Shown one piece after another: positions 37,804-47,219 of a stretch of DNA of 64,000 nt. The position numbers were made by a program, and so were the translations under genes. The notes below the pieces were generated by a model. It saw only the letters and a list, made by a program, of their open reading frames with translations, did not search any database and was not told the origin of the DNA. The number at the start of each line of letters is the position of its first letter. The stretch's first letter is position 1. The DNA comes from Minisyncoccota bacterium (GTDB taxonomy: Bacteria; Patescibacteriota; Minisyncoccia; Phycocordibacterales; Phycocordibacteraceae), in contig DASZTF010000010.1 in NCBI GenBank assembly GCA_035548315.1, positions 1,721 through 65,720 of the forward strand, written 5' to 3'.

Positions 37804-38886
37804 CTATGGCTTGCATTGCGTGTAGAGATCGTTTTGAAGGTCACATCCGAATTGCCCGCCTGCGTGCACGGCGGATTTAATATTTTTTGTTTTCCGGTCG
37901 CGACAAATATGGTCATAGACAGTGCCGGGCGGGGTATTCGTTGTGCATTTTTGATCAGACGCAGAGCACGTTCCCCATACCCCCTGGTCGCTTGTGGACT
38001 CATCGCACATGTAGAAGTTGTATCCCCCGTCGTAATACCACTGGTCGCCCTTCGTGCCCTTATAACAATCGATGTAGTTGTAGCTGCCCTCAGCACATTT
38101 ATATGGCGGATTTACCGGGGTGTACTCTCCCGTCTGCTGGTCTCGGCAGACGTAACTTGCTGTCCCACCGCCTGCTTCACACGTATTCTTCTGGGGCTCA
38201 CAGCTGTCTTGGTTACATCGTAGGTATTGGTGGCCGTCATCGCCATTTTGAGCCCCGCTCGTGCCGTCGTTGTTGCTTCCGGCACCTGGACCAGCGGACT
38301 GGTATCCGCTGTTGGAGCCGTTTACGTTCACTGTGAGTCCACTGGTGTTGATGTTCAAAGTGAGTATGGCTGGGTTGATGAGCTTGAAGACGAGGTACGG
38401 AGAGAGCACGAGCACGAGACCCAAGACCGATGCCCCGATGAGGTGTCGGGCCTCTTCCTTGCTCGTAAGGCTTTCCGCGAGCATGTAGGTGATGCCCGCG
38501 CGCGCGAGCTGGAGCACGGCGATTACTACAGCGATGCCGATGCAGATGTAGTAAATCGAGTTGAGTGCGACCGGGAGGCCTGCGCTTGGGTTGAAACTGG
38601 TAAAGACCGGGATGTCGGTAAGCGGGACAAATGGCTGGTTGTCTCCCACCTGAGTATTCCCGCCGGGTGTTTGGGTGCCGCCACCTCCTCCCGGTGCGTC
38701 ACCCCACGGCGTACAGATGCCCGTCGTGTTACCGGGTGTTTTGTAGCAGCCGTACTGGATATTGCCCTGGTCGTCACACTCTTCATCATTGGAGCAAGTA
38801 CCATTTGGTCCCACTGCGAATACCGCGGTCGGTAGAGAGAGCGCGAGTGGGAGGCACAGGAGCAGCGCTAGGAGTAATTTTTTCAT
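37804..38886 (-). CDS. T4SS pilin-like (VirB2/TrbC-type) protein with Cys-rich extracellular domains
   Basis: Signal peptide; AVL....AGI.YM....SKEEAR..I...VLGL.L.L..YLV...INP pilin core; many Cys. Confidence 0.7.
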   Translation of the reverse strand: MKKLLLALLLCLPLALSLPTAVFAVGPNGTCSNDEECDDQGNIQYGCYKTPGNTTGICTPWGDAPGGGGGTQTPGGNTQVGDNQPFVPLTDIPVFTSFNPSAGLPVALNSIYYICIGIAVVIAVLQLARAGITYMLAESLTSKEEARHLIGASVLGLVLVLSPYLVFKLINPAILTLNINTSGLTVNVNGSNSGYQSAGPGAGSNNDGTSGAQNGDDGHQYLRCNQDSCEPQKNTCEAGGGTASYVCRDQQTGEYTPVNPPYKCAEGSYNYIDCYKGTKGDQWYYDGGYNFYMCDESTSDQGVWGTCSASDQKCTTNTPPGTVYDHICRDRKTKNIKSAVHAGGQFGCDLQNDLYTQCKP

Positions 38887-39863
38887 AGGCCGAAGATGCT
38901 ATGGCTGGTCGATTGCCCAAACTGGACGGTCATTTCTCGAGACGCGCTGACGTAGCTTCCGGGGAACGACGCGGTCGCGGATACCGTCGCGCTTCCTGCA
39001 CCCGTGCCCGTAGGGCGCAGCGTAATGGTGGGTTGCGAGACGCTTGGAGTGCCATTCACGCTCCAATTAATTGTGGGGAAGGTCGAGAATGAGTACCCTA
39101 CGGCGCGGAAGCTGTCTTCGTCTCCCACGAGCGAGTAAAAGTCGCCAATTGCGGTGTCGAAATTGGGGCCGATGAGCGGCCCATCGCGGTAGAACAAAAT
39201 AGTGGGATCGGTAGGTGCGAGTGTGGCGCTCGCGCTCCCGGTGATGCTGCCGTCCTGGGTCGAGACCGTAACCGACACGGTCTCATCTCGGTACTGCATC
39301 GGGGCGACCACACTCACCGAGGACTTCCCAATGCCCGAGTTGCTCTCGAGCGCTTGGCTGTCGACATGCCAGGAGTAGACCAGTTTCGCAGGGTCAAGCG
39401 GGGCGCCGTTTGCGCTCGTACGCAGGTCCGCCATGGCTACGAAGCGGACTTCCCCCTGTATGGCTACTTGCGCAGCGCCTTCGTAGAAAGGATGCGTCGT
39501 GGATACGGGTTCCTCTATGAGGGCGACGTTCGTGGGGTGTACGGTGGCAGTCGTTTGGTAGCTGCCCTCGGGTGAATTCGCCGACACCGTGATAGTGTTG
39601 CTCGATCCCGCGCCGCCGGCGGTAAATGATGCGCTCCCCCCGCCCGTGCTCTGGGCCACTACTTTCCCATCTACCGATATGGTGACAGTCGCGCGTGCGA
39701 GGTCGATGAGCGTACTCTGCGGTGTCACCGTCACCGTCTGATAGGGTGCCGGATATTGCGGCGAAAGGAGAATAGTAAGCGGCTGTGCACCGAGCACTTG
39801 TGCATGCGTTGCGCTCGTACTCAAAAGAAAGAGCAAGCTCAGCAGCCCCGCCGTTTTCCTCAT
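38883..39863 (-). CDS. Secreted Ig-like beta-sandwich protein
   Basis: Signal peptide (THA), beta-rich, LVYSW...SGIGK. Confidence 0.7.
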   Translation of the reverse strand: MRKTAGLLSLLFLLSTSATHAQVLGAQPLTILLSPQYPAPYQTVTVTPQSTLIDLARATVTISVDGKVVAQSTGGGSASFTAGGAGSSNTITVSANSPEGSYQTTATVHPTNVALIEEPVSTTHPFYEGAAQVAIQGEVRFVAMADLRTSANGAPLDPAKLVYSWHVDSQALESNSGIGKSSVSVVAPMQYRDETVSVTVSTQDGSITGSASATLAPTDPTILFYRDGPLIGPNFDTAIGDFYSLVGDEDSFRAVGYSFSTFPTINWSVNGTPSVSQPTITLRPTGTGAGSATVSATASFPGSYVSASREMTVQFGQSTSHSIFGL

Positions 39864-39901
39864 GGATGTATTATACAGCCCCATACTCCATGAATAGGCA
39901 A

Positions 39902-40738
39902 TTATCTACCGCGACCACGAGCACGCACGAGCTGTTGACTTGGATCGGGTGGAGGAGGTGCTTCCGGTGGTAGTCGCATCCCGTACTTATTGCGCCGCGG
40001 TTCGATTTGGCGTCGCATCGCTTCGAGCTCTTCGGGGGTACGTGAACTCCGGGGCGGGGGGCGTAGCGCCGTTCTTGTGCGCATCGGCGTAGCCGCCTTG
40101 CCATGGTTTCCACCAAACGGGTTGTCGTTTGCTGGTGCGCCCGCCGGGGGGCGCTGTGGAGACGGGGTATGCTGGTGCGTTGTACTCGTGGCGGGAGAGG
40201 CGCTTGGCTTAGGGAGTGCACGTCCGACACTGCCTCCTACTCGCGCACCGCCCGCACTCGAGGCAAGCCCGCCGGCTGCCTTCCCTGCTGCACCACCCAC
40301 CGCGGAGGCCGCGCCCGCTACCGCACCACCGATCTTCGCAAGCCCTCCGAGAATCCCTGAGCCACTTGAGGCGTATGCTTTAACGATCATGTAGAAAACC
40401 GTGGGAGAAGTGAAGGGGAAATCATCGATCTCGGGCACGAGGTCTGCTGCCGAGACGCCGAGCGTGAGCAAGAAATAGGCATTTGAATTTTTTGGTGATT
40501 TATAGATCCCCACCATCCAGAGTCCACCGAAGACGACGACCACTTCCACCACTGATATGTAGAACGAGAGGACTACACTCAGCGGTATTCCGACCTCAGG
40601 AATAAGTTGGACAAAGAAAACCGCGCCCTTCGCGAGGTCGCACACGAGCGCCACAATGAAGAACAGCCAAGCGAACGGGCTCACGCGGTTATCGTTTGCG
40701 GGGTCGAGGCTGTTGTCGTTTGCCGATGACGGAGGCAT
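39902..40738 (-). CDS. Membrane protein with Gly/Pro-rich tail
   Basis: Several TM segments; ANDN motif occurs three times. Confidence 0.65.
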   Translation of the reverse strand: MPPSSANDNSLDPANDNRVSPFAWLFFIVALVCDLAKGAVFFVQLIPEVGIPLSVVLSFYISVVEVVVVFGGLWMVGIYKSPKNSNAYFLLTLGVSAADLVPEIDDFPFTSPTVFYMIVKAYASSGSGILGGLAKIGGAVAGAASAVGGAAGKAAGGLASSAGGARVGGSVGRALPKPSASPATSTTHQHTPSPQRPPAGAPANDNPFGGNHGKAATPMRTRTALRPPPRSSRTPEELEAMRRQIEPRRNKYGMRLPPEAPPPPDPSQQLVRARGRGR

Positions 40739-40741
40739 GGC

Positions 40742-42565
40742 TTATGCAGCGCCGCCGGATTCGAGCCGGCCCTTCTCGCGCTGGATGGAGAGGAGCTGCG
40801 ACGGGTCGGAAGTGATGATCTGGTCCTCGGTGTAGGAGGCGACGATCTTAATTGCGACATGTTTGAGTCCTGCGAAGAACAGCCCCTCCCCTACTCCGGA
40901 CTCAAGGAGCAGATACTTTTCCTCATCGGTGAGGTTGAAGGTCTGCTGGAGCACATCGATCGTGGTCGGTGACTGCTTGAGCAGCAGCTGGATCGAGGAG
41001 TTCGTGAGGATCGGGCGGCCGTAGGAAGAACGCAGGAAGTCTTCCACGTCCTGCGTGATCGTGGAGACGCCGAGATAATATTTGCGGCCGCGCTTCGCGA
41101 GGCTGTAGAGGAAGGAAGCGGTATCTTCCGACTTCATCATCCACCAGGCTTCGTCGATCACGAGGAGGCGCCTCTTGAGCTCGCGGCGGATCGCATTCCA
41201 GATGTAGTGCGTGATGATGTACATCGCGACCGGTTTGAGCTCGTCCTCCATGTCGCGCACCGAGAACACGATGAACTGGCGATTGATGTCGATGTTGGTC
41301 GCCTGATTCATGAATCCGGCCCACGTACCGCGGGTGTACTTGCTCAAGCGCTCCACGAGCGATTCCGATCCCTCCATGCCCGAGAGCACCGACTCAAAGT
41401 CGGAGAGGAGGGGCGGTTCGACGCCGGTGAAATCCCGGTCACCGGTGATGTCCTTGAGCGCGTATGTTTCAGTGATCGCGCGGTCGATGATCGCGTCTTC
41501 TTCTGGCGTGAGGCCCCCGAGCATGATGCGGAAGAGGCCGACCAAATTGATGATGTTGTTGCGCAGGATATCGCCTGGCTCCTCGTCCTCGCGCACCGCA
41601 GGAAGGTCGAACGGATTGATGTGATGCTCGGACGAAAGCGAGATATTGAAGTTGCGCCCGCCCGCCGCTTCTGCGAGGTTCTCGTATTCGCGCTCGGGAT
41701 CGATCACGATGACGTCGGTATCGAACATCAGGGAACGCAGGATCTCGAGTTTCACCGCGTACGATTTACCGGAGCCCGACTTCGCGAAGGTCACGGAATT
41801 GTAGTTCTCAAGCGAGAACCGATCGAAAAGGATGAGTGAAGAATTGTGACGGTTGATGCCAAAGAGGATGCCGCGGTCGCTCGTGAGGTCAAAGGACACG
41901 AATGGAAAGTACGATGAAAGTGAGGATGTCTTTTGTTTGATGTCGACTGCAAGCTCGTCGTTGCCCAGCGGGAGCGTTGAGCGGAACCCCTGTTCCTGCT
42001 GGAAGAGGGCGGGTTTGGTGTAGACAAGTCGTTGACTTAGCGTGCCAGAGATTTCGCTTTCTACTTTGTCGAGTTCTTCCTTAGAATCAGCGTAAATCGT
42101 GATGTAGAGGCCAACGTCGAATACCTTCTCCTGCGCTTGCTGGAGCTCATCGCGCAGCTGCTCGATATTGCTATTTGCCGCTTCGAGCATAGGATCGCGG
42201 ACGATGCCCTTAGCCTCTTTCTCGTTGATCTGACTCTCTACTTCTGCAACTTTCTTCTGGAGCTGGCGCAACATAACACCGGTCTCTACAGGGTGGATGA
42301 AGATGCCTATATCCATCACCTTGTCCGTGTTGATGATCGGCGAGAGCCAGCTGTCCGCGAGGAACGCTGGATACGAGATCGTGTACAGCGTGCGCGCGAA
42401 TTTCTCCCCGAGCTCGAGCTCGCGCGCGCCCACTTTAAGCGCCGCCGGTGCGATCATGTCGGCGAGCTCGAGCTCCCCCTGCGCGTAGATGTCTTTGGGG
42501 AGCACCGGCGCTACGGGCGGCGTTTCGTCTTTTTTATTGCGGTTGAGGAAATCGAGGAGTGCCAT
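40742..42565 (-). CDS. virB4: VirB4/TraC-like T4SS ATPase
   Basis: AKSGSGKS, VIDPEREY, INPFD, IDEAW, RGRKY, ITQ. Confidence 0.88.
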   Translation of the reverse strand: MALLDFLNRNKKDETPPVAPVLPKDIYAQGELELADMIAPAALKVGARELELGEKFARTLYTISYPAFLADSWLSPIINTDKVMDIGIFIHPVETGVMLRQLQKKVAEVESQINEKEAKGIVRDPMLEAANSNIEQLRDELQQAQEKVFDVGLYITIYADSKEELDKVESEISGTLSQRLVYTKPALFQQEQGFRSTLPLGNDELAVDIKQKTSSLSSYFPFVSFDLTSDRGILFGINRHNSSLILFDRFSLENYNSVTFAKSGSGKSYAVKLEILRSLMFDTDVIVIDPEREYENLAEAAGGRNFNISLSSEHHINPFDLPAVREDEEPGDILRNNIINLVGLFRIMLGGLTPEEDAIIDRAITETYALKDITGDRDFTGVEPPLLSDFESVLSGMEGSESLVERLSKYTRGTWAGFMNQATNIDINRQFIVFSVRDMEDELKPVAMYIITHYIWNAIRRELKRRLLVIDEAWWMMKSEDTASFLYSLAKRGRKYYLGVSTITQDVEDFLRSSYGRPILTNSSIQLLLKQSPTTIDVLQQTFNLTDEEKYLLLESGVGEGLFFAGLKHVAIKIVASYTEDQIITSDPSQLLSIQREKGRLESGGAA

Positions 42566-42568
42566 AGA

Positions 42569-43201
42569 TTAAGTGCGTGAGAGGCGGATAGGATTCTCGA
42601 GCTCGCCCAGGTTGAACGAGCGGTATAAGAGCTCGATGATTTCTTCGGTACCGAGCGCGGCGGCGCGCACGCCCGATTGCGCGAGGCCACCCGCCACAAG
42701 CGACATGCGCTGTTCGAGCTGGATGCGGTGCTCTTCAAAGTCGTCCGAAGTGTTCGTTTGGGTCGCCGGTCCGCGGTTGAGGAAAGGAATTGCACTTTTA
42801 ACCGCCGTTACCACGGCCGGGGTATATGGGACCACCACGTAGAACGTCTTGGTCATGATATTTGCTTGCTCTGCAAATCCCCGCACGAACTGCTCGTACT
42901 CACGGATCTGGATGCGCATAAGATCAGTTTGCTGCTTATCCTCGCGTGCGCGTAGCAGCTCGAGGTAGGGGCGGATGTCCATTTTGCGTGAGTGCACCAC
43001 GATCTCTACGGAAAAATCGAGCGTGTTGAGGAAGTTCTGGAAGCCGCCGATGATACCCTTCTGTTCGTCGTCTGATTTGAGGGCGAAGTTCACGGACGAG
43101 CACATCAGGATACCGCGGTAGCCGCCCTCTTTGAGGATAATAGTGCCGCTCCGGACTTCTTTTACCGGGACGAAGGCTTGGGCTGGTTGAGAAGCAGGCA
43201 T
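42569..43201 (-). CDS. TraC-like / VirB4 N-terminal partner protein
   Basis: SSVNFALKS.DEQ..I...FQ.FLN.LDF; K.FYVVVPY. Confidence 0.7.
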   Translation of the reverse strand: MPASQPAQAFVPVKEVRSGTIILKEGGYRGILMCSSVNFALKSDDEQKGIIGGFQNFLNTLDFSVEIVVHSRKMDIRPYLELLRAREDKQQTDLMRIQIREYEQFVRGFAEQANIMTKTFYVVVPYTPAVVTAVKSAIPFLNRGPATQTNTSDDFEEHRIQLEQRMSLVAGGLAQSGVRAAALGTEEIIELLYRSFNLGELENPIRLSRT

Positions 43202-43204
43202 ACG

Positions 43205-43630
43205 TTATGGTTGTGGGTTCTCGCGGTCCTGGATATCGAGCGACCAGGCAAGGTCATGCAGTTTCCCTCGATCAAGTGCGATTGCTGGGCGTGCAGGGGC
43301 AGCAGGCACCGGATTCTGCGGGAGCGTCGAGGGTGCTTTGTCTGTCTTCGGCTCCTTACGCCAGAGGTAGAGGCGGCTCCCCGTGATGTAGTAGTTGAAT
43401 CCAGCTTCGAGGATGTCTTCGAAGGGCTTGTTGTTCACTTTGTAGAATGCGAGTGCGCCCGCGAGTCCTGCGATCGGGATCGCGACCACGATCGCGATGA
43501 CGAGGGGGAGATAGAAGAAGGCAATCGCGCACATACCGACGCCGCCCGCCACGTAGATGAACTGCTTCAGCGTAAACGGGCCAAAAATTTTGTCTTCCAC
43601 CTCAATGAACTGCGGCACTTGGTATTCCAT
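43205..43630 (-). CDS. PrgI-family (VirB3-like) protein
   Basis: YQVPQFIEVEDKIFGPFTLKQF, two TMs, Y.W. Confidence 0.85.
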   Translation of the reverse strand: MEYQVPQFIEVEDKIFGPFTLKQFIYVAGGVGMCAIAFFYLPLVIAIVVAIPIAGLAGALAFYKVNNKPFEDILEAGFNYYITGSRLYLWRKEPKTDKAPSTLPQNPVPAAPARPAIALDRGKLHDLAWSLDIQDRENPQP

Positions 43631-43691
43631 CACTCACTAGTATAGCAAGATGCGGGCCGTTGCCCGCATCTGGCGACTGCGTGTATTTCGA

Positions 43692-44282
43692 TTAATGGCC
43701 GCCGTGATTTCCTCCTCCCCCGCTGTGCCCGCCGCCGATGCTCACGCTCGCGCCGCCCACGGCTTTATTAATGTATTGGAGTAGATTCGCAATGATCCAG
43801 GGCGATGCAAGTGCGATGCCTACTGGTGCGAGAAATTTTCCTGCAATAATAGCAGCGCCCTTGATAGCCGCGCCGCTCACGAGAGGGTGCCCCACAAGCC
43901 ACGTGGAGACGAAGTTCACGACCCCCATGCCAGCCGTGCCCTCCATAAGCATGAACGCTGCCGCGCCTTCTACCACCACCCCAGCACCGAGCAACATCCC
44001 GGAGGCTCCCTTCGTGGCTTTCCAGATAGCCTTCCCCATTGTCTTCTCTTTCGGCGCGTCAGCGATATTTTTCGCCTGCTCTTGGAAGAAGTTGGGCGGC
44101 TTGCGATGTTCGTGGCCTGCCTGCGGGCCTTCATGGCGGCGGAGCCGCTCGAGCCTTGAAGCGGCTTCGGCTACGTCTGCGGCGCTCCGGTTGACGTTCA
44201 CCGGAGCTGTCTCACCCATACGAGAAGGGGAGCTGGTATGTGCTCGTTCTGCGGAATTTGTCGCTGGGCGTTCTGCACTCAT
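43692..44282 (-). CDS. Hypothetical membrane protein with Gly/His tail
   Basis: 196-aa ORF with a -10-like TAGGAT 6 nt before ATG. Confidence 0.6.
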   Translation of the reverse strand: MSAERPATNSAERAHTSSPSRMGETAPVNVNRSAADVAEAASRLERLRRHEGPQAGHEHRKPPNFFQEQAKNIADAPKEKTMGKAIWKATKGASGMLLGAGVVVEGAAAFMLMEGTAGMGVVNFVSTWLVGHPLVSGAAIKGAAIIAGKFLAPVGIALASPWIIANLLQYINKAVGGASVSIGGGHSGGGGNHGGH

Positions 44283-44297
44283 GGCCCAATCCTAGCA

Positions 44298-45029
44298 CTA
44301 TTCTGGCGCTTCGCGGTACGGGTCGACGCCGTATGACTTGAGTACATCGTGGAGCGCAGACTTGTTAGCTGCGGACCCGGTTTCGATGGGCGGCATAGCT
44401 CCGGGAAGATTCTCGGGCGGCATGCCGGTACGTGCCGCTGGTGCTGGCGGCATGGGAGCGCGTGGCGTTGGCGCAGGCATCGGGGCTGGTGCCGGCCGCG
44501 GTGCGGGAGGCGGTGGTGGTATCGGTCGCGGCGCTGGCGGGGGTACCACTGGTTGCACAGGAGCGGGTGCCGGAGCCATCGTAACTGCGGGCGGCGGGAC
44601 CATCGGCTGGGGTGCTCGCGGTGCCGGTACGGGCGTAGGTGCCGCAGGTGGTGGAACGGCTGCTGCGGATACTGGTGCAGAAGCGGGTTCTTCTGCCTCA
44701 GGTTCAGCTGGTGCGGGCGGTGCAGCCATCACTTTATCGTGGAGCGGCTTGAATATTTTCGTATTGAGCTCCGCGATGACAGCCTTTGCGATCTGGGCGT
44801 CTACGTCACGAGACACCAATTCCCCGAGTATCTCGGTCGGTGTGACGAGCCCGCAGAGCATATAGCTTGTCGCTTGGGAAAGCGCGCCGGTCGTGTCGAC
44901 GTGGAGATTAAACTGCTGGCCAATGGCTTGGACATCAGCATTGAATTCCTTACTGAGCAGGTATGCGCGCACGGTTTCCGGCAATTTGCCGAATGCTTCT
45001 AGTAACTGGTCTTGTGAGAATGTAATCAT
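44298..45029 (-). CDS. Conserved hypothetical protein with Pro-rich linker and DPYRE C-terminus
   Basis: LPE.VR..L N-domain; YGVDPYREAPE end; ATGA overlap with the upstream gene. Confidence 0.75.
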   Translation of the reverse strand: MITFSQDQLLEAFGKLPETVRAYLLSKEFNADVQAIGQQFNLHVDTTGALSQATSYMLCGLVTPTEILGELVSRDVDAQIAKAVIAELNTKIFKPLHDKVMAAPPAPAEPEAEEPASAPVSAAAVPPPAAPTPVPAPRAPQPMVPPPAVTMAPAPAPVQPVVPPPAPRPIPPPPPAPRPAPAPMPAPTPRAPMPPAPAARTGMPPENLPGAMPPIETGSAANKSALHDVLKSYGVDPYREAPE

Positions 45030-47215
45030 GGCCATCCACCTATGAGACCTGACTGGAGGTTCGTATCTTTATCAAAGAAAGCATCAAGCTCCTTTCCTGC
45101 GGGGGTACCTCGCTTTTTCAACAGAGCAGTCTTCATCTTTGCAAGTTGAGCCTTATTGAATTTTGATTTCACCAGCGCAGCATTCACGTCAGGGGCGTTG
45201 AAGGTATCAAGCAGTTCGGAGTTATCTGCGATTGTGCTTGCCTTCACCTTCATCTTATCCTCGGCCGTCAGGTTTTCAAAGAGAGCAACGGCATCAGCAT
45301 GCTTAGCGGTTCCGATCCAGTTCTCCACGCGACCTGCTTTGGAATTCTGCTTCGCGAGCTGGCGGACCTCGCGCGAGACGTTATTGCTCTTGGCCACGAA
45401 CTCATTCTGCTCGTCACTAAACAGACTTTCTTTCTCGCTGTTTGAAGACGCGATGATTTTAGAGAAGAGTCGGCTGTCGTACTTCGCGAGGAGCTCAGCG
45501 TCCTTGGTGCCGAGGTCGCGCAGGCGCTTCTGGAGGTCCTTGCGTTTATCATCCGGCATCGTGTCAATGTCGACGTTCTTAAGATAGTCGAACGATCCAA
45601 ACCGGCCACGACTAAGCGAGTGCTGCGCTTCCGGAGACACGTCCTTGTCGTTCATGAGTTTGTCGTACGTGTCGGCACTGAGGATCTCGCCGAGCATCTG
45701 GAGCTGCGCGTCGTTGCACTTGGTGATGGTCTCCTTGAGCGTCGAGAGGCTCATCTTCTGGGCGATCTTCTCCGCCAAGTCTGCACGGCCGGCAGCGAGT
45801 GCTTCCCTAAGCTCTGCTGCTTCCGCCGCATGCTTTGAATGATCGGCAAACTGCTTCTTCTCCTTCTGGTAGTCGTCGTATGAGGTATGGCCACCCACCT
45901 TTGCCTTCGCAGGAGCCTTGAGGGCGCCGTAGATAGCCTGGTCAGCTCCCGTGAACTTGAGGACGGCCGCGGTGCGATTGCCCCACTTCGAGCGCTTCTT
46001 CTTATCGCGACCCACCCAGTTCTGGACGCGCTCAGCGCCCTTATTGCCAAGCCAGCTCACCGGCCGGCTCACCAGTGCGAACGGATACGAGACCGCGCTC
46101 GTGGCCATGCCGATCGCGAACTGGGCGCCGATAGCGCCGAGCTGCTTTGCCGACATGAGCGCAGCGACGAGGAATCCGATGATCACGGCGAAGATCACTA
46201 CTGATCCAATTGCGGTGACGTTGCCGTAGGCGAGTGCGTTCATGAGGTTCACGTTCTGCCCCGCGATACCCTGTGCTACTTTAAGCCCCACGAGCACGAG
46301 GAGTATATAGATGGGCGCGAAGAACGCCTGGGAGAGGAGTTTATCCCACCACATGTGCGCGTATTTCTCGAGCGGCGGCACCGCGAGCCCGGCGAACCCG
46401 AGCGGCGACAGCACCATGAGGAACGCGAGCAGAATGCCGCGTGCCACCAGCATGACCACACCCGCAAGGAGCACCACAGAGAGTATCGTCACGAATATCG
46501 CCATGCCGATATACGCGATGCCCCAGTGGGTGTGGTCGGGAGAAGCGCCCTCGTTACTCGTGTTTGCCGAGAACGTACTTGCGATACCCGAGAGCTGGAA
46601 CACCGCGCCCGAAATGCCGCTGCTACTCCCCCCGCTCGCACACTGTTGCTGGGTTCCACTGGTACAGGTCTGGCTCGCCTGATTGTAGAGGAGCGCGGCG
46701 AATGCGTTCGCGGTATCGATCACCGCTTCCGACGCGAGCAGACTGAAATTGAGCAGGATTGCAAAGATAATGAGGCGCGGTAGCGTCTTCTTTACTTCGT
46801 AGCCGTGTATGTCGAGGATCGTCGCGACGCCAAGCATCACGAACCCGAAAATGAGGATGATGTTCGCGACGTCGCGCAGCACGCCCCAGCCCGCAAGTAG
46901 TCCCGCAGAATTGCCGAAGTAATCGCCGAACTGGAACACCGTATAAATAATGACCTCATTGAAGAGCGCGCCGACCATATAGATGAGTAGGTTCGCGATG
47001 GAGAGGACCACGAGTCCGATGCCCTCGATGAGGAGACCGAACGTCCAGTCGGCGGCTTTCCCCGCGAGCCAGCCGAGAAAGTCGGCGTGCGCAGTGTGCG
47101 GTATGCCGAAGACAAAGAGGACAAGTATCAGAGCTGCTGATGCGCCGAATACCGAGCGGAAGATCGCTGAGGTGCCGCGGACCGTATCGAGTATGGCGAG
47201 GAGTTTTGCTTTCAT
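45026..47215 (-). CDS. VirB6/TrbL-like polytopic membrane protein with extended soluble C-terminus
   Basis: GW..LRD.AN, LII.A.L.NFSL, R...L.FL.VLSPL.F, WW..L..QAFFAP. Confidence 0.7.
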   Translation of the reverse strand: MKAKLLAILDTVRGTSAIFRSVFGASAALILVLFVFGIPHTAHADFLGWLAGKAADWTFGLLIEGIGLVVLSIANLLIYMVGALFNEVIIYTVFQFGDYFGNSAGLLAGWGVLRDVANIILIFGFVMLGVATILDIHGYEVKKTLPRLIIFAILLNFSLLASEAVIDTANAFAALLYNQASQTCTSGTQQQCASGGSSSGISGAVFQLSGIASTFSANTSNEGASPDHTHWGIAYIGMAIFVTILSVVLLAGVVMLVARGILLAFLMVLSPLGFAGLAVPPLEKYAHMWWDKLLSQAFFAPIYILLVLVGLKVAQGIAGQNVNLMNALAYGNVTAIGSVVIFAVIIGFLVAALMSAKQLGAIGAQFAIGMATSAVSYPFALVSRPVSWLGNKGAERVQNWVGRDKKKRSKWGNRTAAVLKFTGADQAIYGALKAPAKAKVGGHTSYDDYQKEKKQFADHSKHAAEAAELREALAAGRADLAEKIAQKMSLSTLKETITKCNDAQLQMLGEILSADTYDKLMNDKDVSPEAQHSLSRGRFGSFDYLKNVDIDTMPDDKRKDLQKRLRDLGTKDAELLAKYDSRLFSKIIASSNSEKESLFSDEQNEFVAKSNNVSREVRQLAKQNSKAGRVENWIGTAKHADAVALFENLTAEDKMKVKASTIADNSELLDTFNAPDVNAALVKSKFNKAQLAKMKTALLKKRGTPAGKELDAFFDKDTNLQSGLIGGWP

Positions 47216-47219
47216 AGTA

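Noticed and set aside
44400-44730. Repetitive GC-rich tract
   Set aside because: It is Pro/Ala low-complexity coding sequence, not a DNA repeat array.
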